Below the pieces are notes generated by a model. That model had not been told where the DNA came from. It searched no databases and saw only the letters and a list, made by a program, of their open reading frames with translations. Of a stretch of DNA of 64,000 nt, positions 16,480 through 24,184 are shown piece by piece. A program made the translations under genes and the position numbers. Where the stretch lies: sequence record MH791409.1. The stretch is one strand, 5' to 3'. This stretch comes from Escherichia phage EcWhh-1. Position 1 is the first letter of the stretch. Every line of letters begins with the position of its first letter.

Positions 16480-16797
16480 TTAGATTTCCTCACAGAAGGC
16501 CCATTCAGCATGATAAACCGTGGCGCCTTTAGTATCATTTAAACAAACCACATCTACCGGAGCAATTACACGATAAAGACGAGGTTCTCCTCCCACTGAA
16601 CGAGCAGCTCGTCCAGCATAAATCTTAGCCAAACCGATATCTTCAGTAAAGAATACACGATTCAGGTTTTTCTTACGACCAGTTTCAGACAGAACTCCTG
16701 TTTCCTCAGGAGGACAAAGCATATTACCAATATTAGCCACACTACAACTTCCGTGATAATACACTTTATATTCTGCTTTACAGTCGATGGTTTTCAT
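16480..16797 (-). CDS. Arr-like (rifampin-ADP-ribosyltransferase-fold) protein, 105 aa
   Basis: The track start is TTG. ATG 16797 has a GGAG SD. By eye, the blocks YYHGS, RVFFTEDIGLAKIYA and RLYRVIAP align to Arr FYHGT, IYFS and YIYIVEP. Needs a profile search. Confidence 0.4.
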   Translation of the reverse strand: MKTIDCKAEYKVYYHGSCSVANIGNMLCPPEETGVLSETGRKKNLNRVFFTEDIGLAKIYAGRAARSVGGEPRLYRVIAPVDVVCLNDTKGATVYHAEWAFCEEI

Positions 16798-16821
16798 TTT
16801 GTTCTCCAAGTTGATAGGTCT

Positions 16822-16850
16822 ATAGTATCATGCCTATAGGAGATGTAAAC
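16822..16850 (-). promoter_or_regulatory. early-type promoter
   Basis: GTTTAC (16850-16845), 17 nt, TACTAT (16827-16822). Lies immediately downstream of the gene 41 terminator. Confidence 0.6.
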
Positions 16851-16856
16851 CCTTAA

Positions 16857-16881
16857 AACAAAAAAGGAGCCGAAGCTCCTT
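16857..16881 (-). terminator. rho-independent terminator after gene 41
   Basis: AAGGAGC-UUCG-GCUCCUU plus a U-run. The stem includes the TAA stop. Confidence 0.7.
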
Positions 16882-18310
16882 AAAATTTGATAGATGCTGC
16901 TAAATCGTCTAAATCACTTCTATTAACACGCGACTGGCGATTGACCTCTGCTTGGCGGTTCATTTCACCTGTAGCCTCACGAACAGTGTTCACTGGACCT
17001 GGGTTAAAATCGTCTTCAACTTCATACCAACGCTGGTTTCCTTTCTTAACACCAATCTTAAATTTGTTGTAGTAGCTCTTATCACCATAACGAGATTTAA
17101 GCTGCTTAACCATCTGCATACCCATCTGAGCAAACTCTTCTGTCTCGACCACACCTAACATGAAGTCTGCAGTATGTGCAATACCAAAGGATTCAGCGAT
17201 ATCAGCCATATCGATTTCGGCGGCAACGTTCGCACCACGAGTAGTCTGGGCTGCAGTCCACAACAATAATTTCTTCTCTACTGCAAGTCCACGTAGTTCT
17301 TCGGCAACCATCTTAATCAATCCATAACTGTTTTCAGAGAAAACTTTCGTACGGGATGAAGCACAGATAGCCAAGTAGTCGACGATAACGACCTGTGGGA
17401 CAAAGTTTTGTTTGAGCTTGTATTCGTTTAATAATGCACGGAATGTATCGGCATTAGCACCACCAGTAGGGTACTGTTTAATCTTTAAACGACCTAAAGT
17501 AGCAGTTGAACGCCACTTATCCATCTTAGCTTTATATTCAGGCCATGAGACGTGACCATCATCGATATCATCCAGTGATACATCCAGAAGGTTAGCATCG
17601 ATACGCTTAGCACATACTTCCTCTGCCATCTCCATAGAGATATAAAGAACATCATAACCGGATTGAAGGTAATCAGCAGCCAATGAACACAGTCCAAGAG
17701 ACTTACCTACGTTTGTTCCTGCCAACAATACGTTTTCAGTACCAAACTCTGCTCCACCCTTAGTAATCTTGTTCAGAATATTAAGACGGAATGGAACCTT
17801 ACGTGCTTTATCGGAATAACTTTTGAATCGTTCTTCATAGTCATCCATCCAGTCATGACCTAATTCGGAATCGAAACAAATCGATAATGCATCACGCATG
17901 ATATCTGGAATAGCACCAATACCTGGAAGTTTTCTATTTTGTTGCTCAACCGGAAGGTCGGCATTAGTTTGGATTTCAATGATTTTTGAAGTTGCATTAT
18001 ACATCGCTGCTTTCTGAACGTATTTCTCCGTTTCTTTAACCAACCATTCTTGGTCTTCGGGTCCAGCATTCAGTGAGCTTAAAAGCTCTTTAGCTCCTTG
18101 ATGTTCAACTTCTGAAAGCGTACTGTTATCTAATGCAATGCTCAATGCGTTCTTAGAAGGCACTGCATTATATTCATTGACGTGTTTTTTAATTTCTTTG
18201 AAAAGGGTCTTTGCAGGACCCTGGTCAAAATATGAATCATTCATATAAGGCCAGACCTTAGTGAAATAATCACTATTGCCTAGCAGTTGAGCCAAAATAG
18301 TTTCTACCAC
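16880..18310 (-). CDS. 41: replicative DnaB-like helicase
   Basis: Colinear with T4 gp41 (GVNVGKS-type Walker A: GTNVGKSLGLCSLAADY). There is no ATG. GTG 18310 gives MVETIL, aligning with T4 MVEIIL, with a GAGGTGG SD. The track start is GTG 18319. Confidence 0.93.
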   Translation of the reverse strand: MVETILAQLLGNSDYFTKVWPYMNDSYFDQGPAKTLFKEIKKHVNEYNAVPSKNALSIALDNSTLSEVEHQGAKELLSSLNAGPEDQEWLVKETEKYVQKAAMYNATSKIIEIQTNADLPVEQQNRKLPGIGAIPDIMRDALSICFDSELGHDWMDDYEERFKSYSDKARKVPFRLNILNKITKGGAEFGTENVLLAGTNVGKSLGLCSLAADYLQSGYDVLYISMEMAEEVCAKRIDANLLDVSLDDIDDGHVSWPEYKAKMDKWRSTATLGRLKIKQYPTGGANADTFRALLNEYKLKQNFVPQVVIVDYLAICASSRTKVFSENSYGLIKMVAEELRGLAVEKKLLLWTAAQTTRGANVAAEIDMADIAESFGIAHTADFMLGVVETEEFAQMGMQMVKQLKSRYGDKSYYNKFKIGVKKGNQRWYEVEDDFNPGPVNTVREATGEMNRQAEVNRQSRVNRSDLDDLAASIKF

Positions 18311-18633
18311 TTCCACCACCTCTTAGATTTAATTTTATCCAGTTCTTCTTGTATTTGCATTGTAACACATTTTTCTACATGAAGCGCTAGCTCTTCTTTT
18401 CGGTCTTCGGAAGGTGTTCCGAAATCAACCGACACTTTTCCATCTTTCTCAATAACAATATTCATCACATAAACGATGTGAGCAGTGCCATCGGGTAAAG
18501 TAAGCATAATTTCCTGCTTAACAGAACCCATTGACTTACGGATTATATCTAATGATTTCTCATAATAACGAGGGTCACTAGGACCCTCTTCGGTATCTTT
18601 AACAAAATTATCTAAATCAGATAAATCAGTCAT
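18304..18633 (-). CDS. 40: gp40-position protein (head vertex assembly chaperone slot), 109 aa
   Basis: Lies between uvsX and 41 as in T4. Overlaps both neighbours. Confidence 0.5.
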   Translation of the reverse strand: MTDLSDLDNFVKDTEEGPSDPRYYEKSLDIIRKSMGSVKQEIMLTLPDGTAHIVYVMNIVIEKDGKVSVDFGTPSEDRKEELALHVEKCVTMQIQEELDKIKSKRWWKW

Positions 18634-19807
18634 GGTCGCTCACAAAATTCATGTTTTCTAAATCGCTTTCGATGTCAGCAGCGCTTTGGGTATTTCCACC
18701 TAATTTAACAGAAACGTTCTTAGAGACACGAGAGTTAATAAGGTCGTTCACTGCATCGTCAACTTCTTTAATAGAATTAATTGCACCGAGCTTATACTTA
18801 TTCTCGATTGCTTCACGGAACGGAGCATGTTTAAACAGTGGTCCCCAGAACTCAACACAATCGGTAGCTTTAGCACGCCATGCTTTTTCTTCTTGAACCA
18901 TTTCACCTGTGGTTTCGTCAAGGAATGCACGATTATACCACCCAGCTTTAGGTTTCACGACAAAGCCGATATCAGTAGCCATTTCAAGCAATCCACTGAA
19001 TGGGTCGATACCGCCTTCAAAGTTAACGGTGATAGGGAACGTTGACTTCTCTTTAACCGTACGAGATTTCTCAGCCTTAAGTGTGAAGTCATAACCAGTG
19101 AGCTCAGTACCATCTTTAACCTGGCGTTTAGAGATAAAGAACACGGTAGAAGCAGAGTACAGAATACCAGTACCACCACCCATAATCTCTTTAGGATACA
19201 TTCCACCAATTTCCATAGCCGTGTGGTTAATTGCTACACAAGGGATATCCTTGATGGTCAGATAAGGTGTTACGATACGGAACAGAGATTTCAGTGACTT
19301 AGCACGAGTCATATCACCTACAACTTTCTCGTTCAAAGCATCTTCGGTTTCTTTCTTAGAAGCAGTGTTACCAATGGAGTCGATAAAGATAATAACCTTT
19401 TCGCCACGAGTAATTTCTTCTAACTGGTTGGTCATATCAACTTTAAGCTGTTCGACTGACTGGATTGGTGTATGAACCACACGTTCCAAATCAACACCCA
19501 TCGAACGGAAATAAGATTCTGAAGCACCGAACTCAGAGTCATAGAACAAGCAAATTGCGTCTGGATATTTCTTCATATATGCCGCAACCATAGTTAATCC
19601 AAACAACGTTTTAAAGTGTTTAGACGGTGCAGCAAAGATTGTCAAACCTGATTGTAAGCCTGCATTCAACGCACCACCCAATGCAATATTAAGCATAGGA
19701 ATACGAGTAGGAACTTCGTCACGACCATTAAACAATTTAGATTTGGTCAGGTCGGCAGTCATTTTAGAAGTAGAAGCTTTAATCAAACGGGATTTTAAAT
19801 CAGACAT
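18626..19807 (-). CDS. uvsX: UvsX RecA-like recombinase
   Basis: 393 aa. Walker A region AAPSKHFKT. T4 UvsX-like throughout. Synteny. Confidence 0.93.
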   Translation of the reverse strand: MSDLKSRLIKASTSKMTADLTKSKLFNGRDEVPTRIPMLNIALGGALNAGLQSGLTIFAAPSKHFKTLFGLTMVAAYMKKYPDAICLFYDSEFGASESYFRSMGVDLERVVHTPIQSVEQLKVDMTNQLEEITRGEKVIIFIDSIGNTASKKETEDALNEKVVGDMTRAKSLKSLFRIVTPYLTIKDIPCVAINHTAMEIGGMYPKEIMGGGTGILYSASTVFFISKRQVKDGTELTGYDFTLKAEKSRTVKEKSTFPITVNFEGGIDPFSGLLEMATDIGFVVKPKAGWYNRAFLDETTGEMVQEEKAWRAKATDCVEFWGPLFKHAPFREAIENKYKLGAINSIKEVDDAVNDLINSRVSKNVSVKLGGNTQSAADIESDLENMNFVSDHD

Positions 19808-19859
19808 TATATTTTTCCATAGGCATCATTATATTTTTCTCACGTTTTAAGATAGGGTA

Positions 19860-19887
19860 ATTATATCACTTCACAGCTACAGCATTA
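19860..19887 (-). promoter_or_regulatory. MotA-type middle promoter for uvsX
   Basis: taATGCTGTA (19887-19878), 12 nt, TATAAT (19865-19860). Confidence 0.5.
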
Positions 19888-20016
19888 CTTAATTCCTCGG
19901 TTGATAGCCTTATCGACTATCTTCCGAACTTCTCGTTTCTCGAGCCACACTAATAATAGCAAGCCTCCGAAAGAGAATAATAACAAACCTATAAAAAGCA
20001 ATAGAGGACCTAGCAT
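19885..20016 (-). CDS. single-pass membrane micro-protein, 43 aa
   Basis: Below cutoff. GAGGA SD. ATG 20016 overlaps the upstream stop by 7 nt. MLGPLLLFIGLLLFSFGGLLLLVWLEKREV... Confidence 0.45.
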   Translation of the reverse strand: MLGPLLLFIGLLLFSFGGLLLLVWLEKREVRKIVDKAINRGIK

Positions 20017-20903
20017 ACTACGTCCTCATAACGTGGCATTTCGTATTCAGAATGAATATTGGCACCGAAATAAATGAATTCAGCCAGACCAGGATGGAAT
20101 ACTAAACCTGGGTTCTCATGATAAATGATATGTGGTCTTGATTTCAGAATTTGATAATATTCAACCTTACTCGGTTTGAATTTAATAATCTCTACATCAG
20201 GACGATAGTCTTCGCGCTTAAATGAATCATTAGGGTCGGTGATATAAAGACGAGCACCTTCAGCGGCAGCTTGGTCTACAACTCTTTCGAATTGATAACA
20301 CTTATCCGAAATACGGAATGGATGGAAAATACCATCAATTTTAATAGGCGCTAGACCTTCAGAGTAACGCTCAATTACTGCAGGATTAATTACCTTTTGG
20401 TCTACAAAAATCTTATCAGAGGATGCACCTCGTGACATCAGGACGTCTTTCTGGCATTGATTCAAGACTGTAGTATAAAGTGAACGTTCAACTGAAGCCA
20501 CATCAATATCAATGAACTCGTCGATATAATAACGAGGAACTTCAGGGTCCATTGTGATATTAAAGTTGAATTGTACAGTATGAGCACCATCATAACCGGT
20601 GATATCGGTCACCAGTCCTGAGCAATCATAGTATTCGATTAGTGAATCGACTACAAACTCATTTTCAGACCAGAAATGTTTACGGGTTTCATAAGCATTT
20701 TCTTTATACCAAAGTGGTACGAAATTCAGTTCTGGGAATAATTCAATGCATTCTTTGATATCGCTCGAATTTCTAGGATAAGCCAGATAATCACCTGGAC
20801 GAGCACGATTTAAATGGAGTTGAAAATTACCGTCCTTAAGGACGGCATATTCACCTGTTTCGTAACTACGCATACTGAAAATAGGAACGATAAACAAACT
20901 CAT
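20010..20903 (-). CDS. orphan 297-aa protein in the beta-glucosyltransferase slot; candidate hmC glycosyltransferase
   Basis: ATGA-coupled to gene 42. Not alignable by eye to T4 beta-gt, except for a loose GT-B-like block IFHPFRISDKCYQFERVV versus T4 GGSFRSGQRESKMVEF. Confidence 0.35.
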   Translation of the reverse strand: MSLFIVPIFSMRSYETGEYAVLKDGNFQLHLNRARPGDYLAYPRNSSDIKECIELFPELNFVPLWYKENAYETRKHFWSENEFVVDSLIEYYDCSGLVTDITGYDGAHTVQFNFNITMDPEVPRYYIDEFIDIDVASVERSLYTTVLNQCQKDVLMSRGASSDKIFVDQKVINPAVIERYSEGLAPIKIDGIFHPFRISDKCYQFERVVDQAAAEGARLYITDPNDSFKREDYRPDVEIIKFKPSKVEYYQILKSRPHIIYHENPGLVFHPGLAEFIYFGANIHSEYEMPRYEDVVC

Positions 20904-21598
20904 TTCAGGAAACCTCGGACGTAGTCAAAATCACGTTCAAACACGTGTGCACTTACCATGGTGTGGGAATATGTACCTAAACCGACACCACACTGTTCAG
21001 CAATAAATGCCATCAGTTTACCCTGCAGATAGAAATCCAGCTGCATAACAACGGCGCAGTTTTGTGAACGCATATGAGTGTGTGCATACAGACGTCCATC
21101 ACGAATATAATATGTTACCGAATCGGTACACGGATATTCTAGGGATTCGTCAGAATCAAGGAGGGCTTGGTCTTGTTCTTGGAGAATTTGGAACACAACT
21201 CGTCTCGAGTTAGGCTTTTCTTTAAGCTCTTTAAGTAGGGCTGGGAGTTGGGCCACAATTCGAGGGCCATAGAAAGTGTTGAAGTTTGCAGGCAATACGT
21301 CACTTTTCGGCTTATCAATGAACTTAGCAACATTAGGGTATTCCTTAAATGCTTCGGCAGCGTCAGTACCACCAGAAATCATAAATTTCCAAAAGGATTC
21401 GGCATATTCATAACTAATACGATTGATACGTGGGTCGGTGAATTTATAGGTGCTTGCATCCAGTACTTCTACCGAAGCAGAACCAATTTCATAACAACGT
21501 CCGATACGAGAATCAACTGCAAACTGTGGAGCTTCCAGGATTTCTTCGTTCATTTGTTTAAATGCATTTTCAAAACTAACAGCGGTAATGTGTTTCAT
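20900..21598 (-). CDS. 42: thymidylate-synthase-family deoxypyrimidylate hydroxymethylase (divergent gp42)
   Basis: 232 aa. Conserved blocks: KPNSRR, YPCTDSVTYYIRDGRL, HMRSQN, SAHVF. Lies at the T4 gene 42 position, but is much more diverged from T4 gp42 than its neighbours are from their T4 counterparts. Confidence 0.7.
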   Translation of the reverse strand: MKHITAVSFENAFKQMNEEILEAPQFAVDSRIGRCYEIGSASVEVLDASTYKFTDPRINRISYEYAESFWKFMISGGTDAAEAFKEYPNVAKFIDKPKSDVLPANFNTFYGPRIVAQLPALLKELKEKPNSRRVVFQILQEQDQALLDSDESLEYPCTDSVTYYIRDGRLYAHTHMRSQNCAVVMQLDFYLQGKLMAFIAEQCGVGLGTYSHTMVSAHVFERDFDYVRGFLK

Positions 21599-22131
21599 TT
21601 ATTCACCTTATTTTCAATATATTCGTTCAGACGTTTTAATTCTACCATATCAACATTAAGCAAATTATTATGGCCGTCATGATTTAAGATTTTAAACACG
21701 TTTTCAAAACATGTTTCGTATTGCCGGATAGTTAGGTTGAACTCATCTTTGGTTAATTTAATAAGGTCGTCTTCGAAGTCTTCGTCTAATGGATTGCGAG
21801 TTAAAATAACCTCGATAACGTTAAATTCGGATTTAAACCCTTTCCAATCTTCCAGTTCTACATAAGGGTCCATTTCACCACGAAGGAATCCTGAGTAAAC
21901 AATATTACTTGGATAACCACGGTCAAGGATATAAACGAAATTAGGGTCTAAAAACTTATACAGAGTTTCAACTAAAGCCTTATCGTTATCAGTTCCTAAT
22001 GAAATACACTTGCCATTAATCTTTTTAGGAAAATCAATAAGGCGGTATTTCTTATTGGATAACAGATTTTTAATTAAAGTGGACTTCCCGGAATTATCCG
22101 GGCCGTCTATAACAATGATTTTTGGATTCAT
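21595..22131 (-). CDS. P-loop (thymidylate/dNMP kinase-like) kinase
   Basis: 178 aa. Walker A VIDGPDNSGKST, DRG motif. ATGA overlaps at both ends. Confidence 0.55.
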   Translation of the reverse strand: MNPKIIVIDGPDNSGKSTLIKNLLSNKKYRLIDFPKKINGKCISLGTDNDKALVETLYKFLDPNFVYILDRGYPSNIVYSGFLRGEMDPYVELEDWKGFKSEFNVIEVILTRNPLDEDFEDDLIKLTKDEFNLTIRQYETCFENVFKILNHDGHNNLLNVDMVELKRLNEYIENKVNK

Positions 22132-22511
22132 GGATGATAGGCCTTATAACTATCAAGAGTTCCTTCACGAACCATTTCTTTAAAGTGGTCAGGACGGATT
22201 GCTCGGTCATCGATGATAAAAGTATAACTCGGCTTATGCGTAAGCAGATTATGATATTTCAATCCAATCTTTTCAAGGTTCTTAACCAATGCAGGAACTA
22301 CTTCAACCAAGATTCGACCTGGGCCACATGAAGTCATGCCACGGGCAGTGAATAATGTAATCTCGTACCCTTCATCATAAAGCTTATTAATCATGGACAC
22401 CATTTCGGTGTCCGGTTTAAAGTTCTCATAATCACGGTCATGGTTCCAAATCGTGATTGTGTTATCGATATCAAAACATAAATGTGGCTTATTTTCTACT
22501 CGATGCGACAT
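22128..22511 (-). CDS. HAD-superfamily phosphatase
   Basis: Motif I FDIDNTIT, motif II LFTAR, motif III KPSYTFIIDDR. ATG 22511 is TAATG-coupled (alternative start ATG 22526). Confidence 0.6.
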   Translation of the reverse strand: MSHRVENKPHLCFDIDNTITIWNHDRDYENFKPDTEMVSMINKLYDEGYEITLFTARGMTSCGPGRILVEVVPALVKNLEKIGLKYHNLLTHKPSYTFIIDDRAIRPDHFKEMVREGTLDSYKAYHP

Positions 22512-24184
22512 TAAATTTTCTTCCATTGTTTGTGGAGTTCAGTAGAACCTGTAGGTTTATATTTTACACCAGTTTCCTGGTCAAGCAAAACCCACTTATC
22601 AGGACAACGAGTAATAATTTGAGCCGTGATAGGGTCACGAACTTCATCGACAAATTCACCAGTAATAAGCTTACGCTTATGAGGATGCCGCTTCAGCAGC
22701 ACACTCAGTTGATACAAACCGTTATAATAAGCACCCAGAGCTTTCAGAGGGTTATTCTTAAAGTAACCTGCCAGCGCCATCCAAATAACAGCAATCCAGA
22801 GCTTGTGCTTAAATGTGCACATAGGAATATCGTCTAAAGGCATAACCTTTTCGATATCAACGAATACACGAGTTCCGTTACGAGTTAATCCACCCCATAG
22901 AGGGTCTGAGTTAAATTTGTCATAGCCATCGATAGAATAAAGCACCTTAGCTTCATCATAAATCGCAGGGCCTTTAGAACTATTACCGAAATAACCACGT
23001 GGGTCGATGATTTTAATATCACCTTCGTCCGACAGCATAATATTACTGTAGTGCGGGTCGCCATGAATAAGTTGGTACGGTTCTTTATGTTCAGACAGAA
23101 TTTCTAGTGCATGGCGGAGAAGTTTTTCGGGGTCGCCTACTTTGAAATCGTTAACATAGGTAATGCCCTGTGGAGCAAAGCCTTCAATCAATCCGGCAAT
23201 AGAAGCATTACGAATAAGGACCTTGTCCAACACTTCTTTCTTAACATCGGAATACCATTGCTCATCGGACGGGTTATCGATAGTTCCACCGAATGAACGT
23301 AATGCACTAATGACCTTATAAACCATGAGGACTTTAGTTTCTTTGGACATAAACCGGTAGGCATCTGCCATGGTACGACCAAAGATACGTTCCATTTTAA
23401 TGAATTCGCCTGGAGAAAAGTCTACAATGCTAGGAACGAATTCAGAATCAATAGAATTATACCAATTGATTTCTTTAGATTGAATTTCTTTACCTAATTC
23501 GTTAGTTGGTACTTTAATAGCCAGATTCTCGGTGAACTCTAATTTATTAAATTCACGGTTAATTTCAGAATCTTCATGGGCCTTGGCAAGTTTCAATTTG
23601 TCACCGACATCAACTACAAAATCCAGTTTACGTTCAGTCAAATAGACCATTGAATCCAGGTTATCAGCAAGGTCTTCGCCATAATTAGAACGGTCGAAAC
23701 CTGTCCAATTGGCTACCTGATACAAACCAACTACACCGCCACCGGTACCAATTTCACGTAAGTACGGTTCTTCAAATGTAAAGCGACAGTCAGTTCCATA
23801 GGTATAACAATAGTCGTTACCCCATTCAACTTTATGACCGATAGGAATGATGTCACACCAGTTAAACAGGACATTATGGCCAATGATATCTTCGGCAATG
23901 CAATCGATAGCATGAGCTGAACCATTAGCAACATCAACGTTACGAATAGTGAATTTAGGCTTATCACCAGTAATCATGTTAATGGATTTAATATAGCCTT
24001 TAACGAGGTCGTTAAATTTGCTGTGAATAACCAGAATAATTTCATCTGATTGGTTACTATACAAATCATACAAATGTTTTAATACCGTATGTTGTTTGTA
24101 GTTAACCAATACCTTTGGGATTTCGTTAGTAATTGGATACAACCGTGAGCCAAGACCTGCGCCTAAAATAACAACCTTTTTCAT
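22511..24184 (-). CDS. bifunctional sugar-1-phosphate nucleotidyltransferase / APH-choline-kinase-like kinase
   Basis: Start at ATG 24184 (GAGGAA SD). N-terminal VILGAGLGSRLYPIT...PKVLV (GxGxRL NTase). C-terminal LIHGDPHYSNIM...IIDPRG (Brenner HGDxxxxN plus Dxx). Confidence 0.65.
   Translation of the reverse strand: MKKVVILGAGLGSRLYPITNEIPKVLVNYKQHTVLKHLYDLYSNQSDEIILVIHSKFNDLVKGYIKSINMITGDKPKFTIRNVDVANGSAHAIDCIAEDIIGHNVLFNWCDIIPIGHKVEWGNDYCYTYGTDCRFTFEEPYLREIGTGGGVVGLYQVANWTGFDRSNYGEDLADNLDSMVYLTERKLDFVVDVGDKLKLAKAHEDSEINREFNKLEFTENLAIKVPTNELGKEIQSKEINWYNSIDSEFVPSIVDFSPGEFIKMERIFGRTMADAYRFMSKETKVLMVYKVISALRSFGGTIDNPSDEQWYSDVKKEVLDKVLIRNASIAGLIEGFAPQGITYVNDFKVGDPEKLLRHALEILSEHKEPYQLIHGDPHYSNIMLSDEGDIKIIDPRGYFGNSSKGPAIYDEAKVLYSIDGYDKFNSDPLWGGLTRNGTRVFVDIEKVMPLDDIPMCTFKHKLWIAVIWMALAGYFKNNPLKALGAYYNGLYQLSVLLKRHPHKRKLITGEFVDEVRDPITAQIITRCPDKWVLLDQETGVKYKPTGSTELHKQWKKI

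Noticed and set aside
17494-18069. Minus-strand alternative-frame ORFs nested inside real genes (17494-17697 and 17860-18069 in gene 41; 18748-18930 and 18955-19209 in uvsX; 21139-21372, 23188-23382 and 23731-23967 in the module; 32735-32974; 33716-33919; 34211-34471; 35798-35995; 43459-43719; 46391-46618; 59386-59622; 60915-61097).
   Set aside because: Each is fully contained in a conserved gene in another frame, with no SD or coupling signals.
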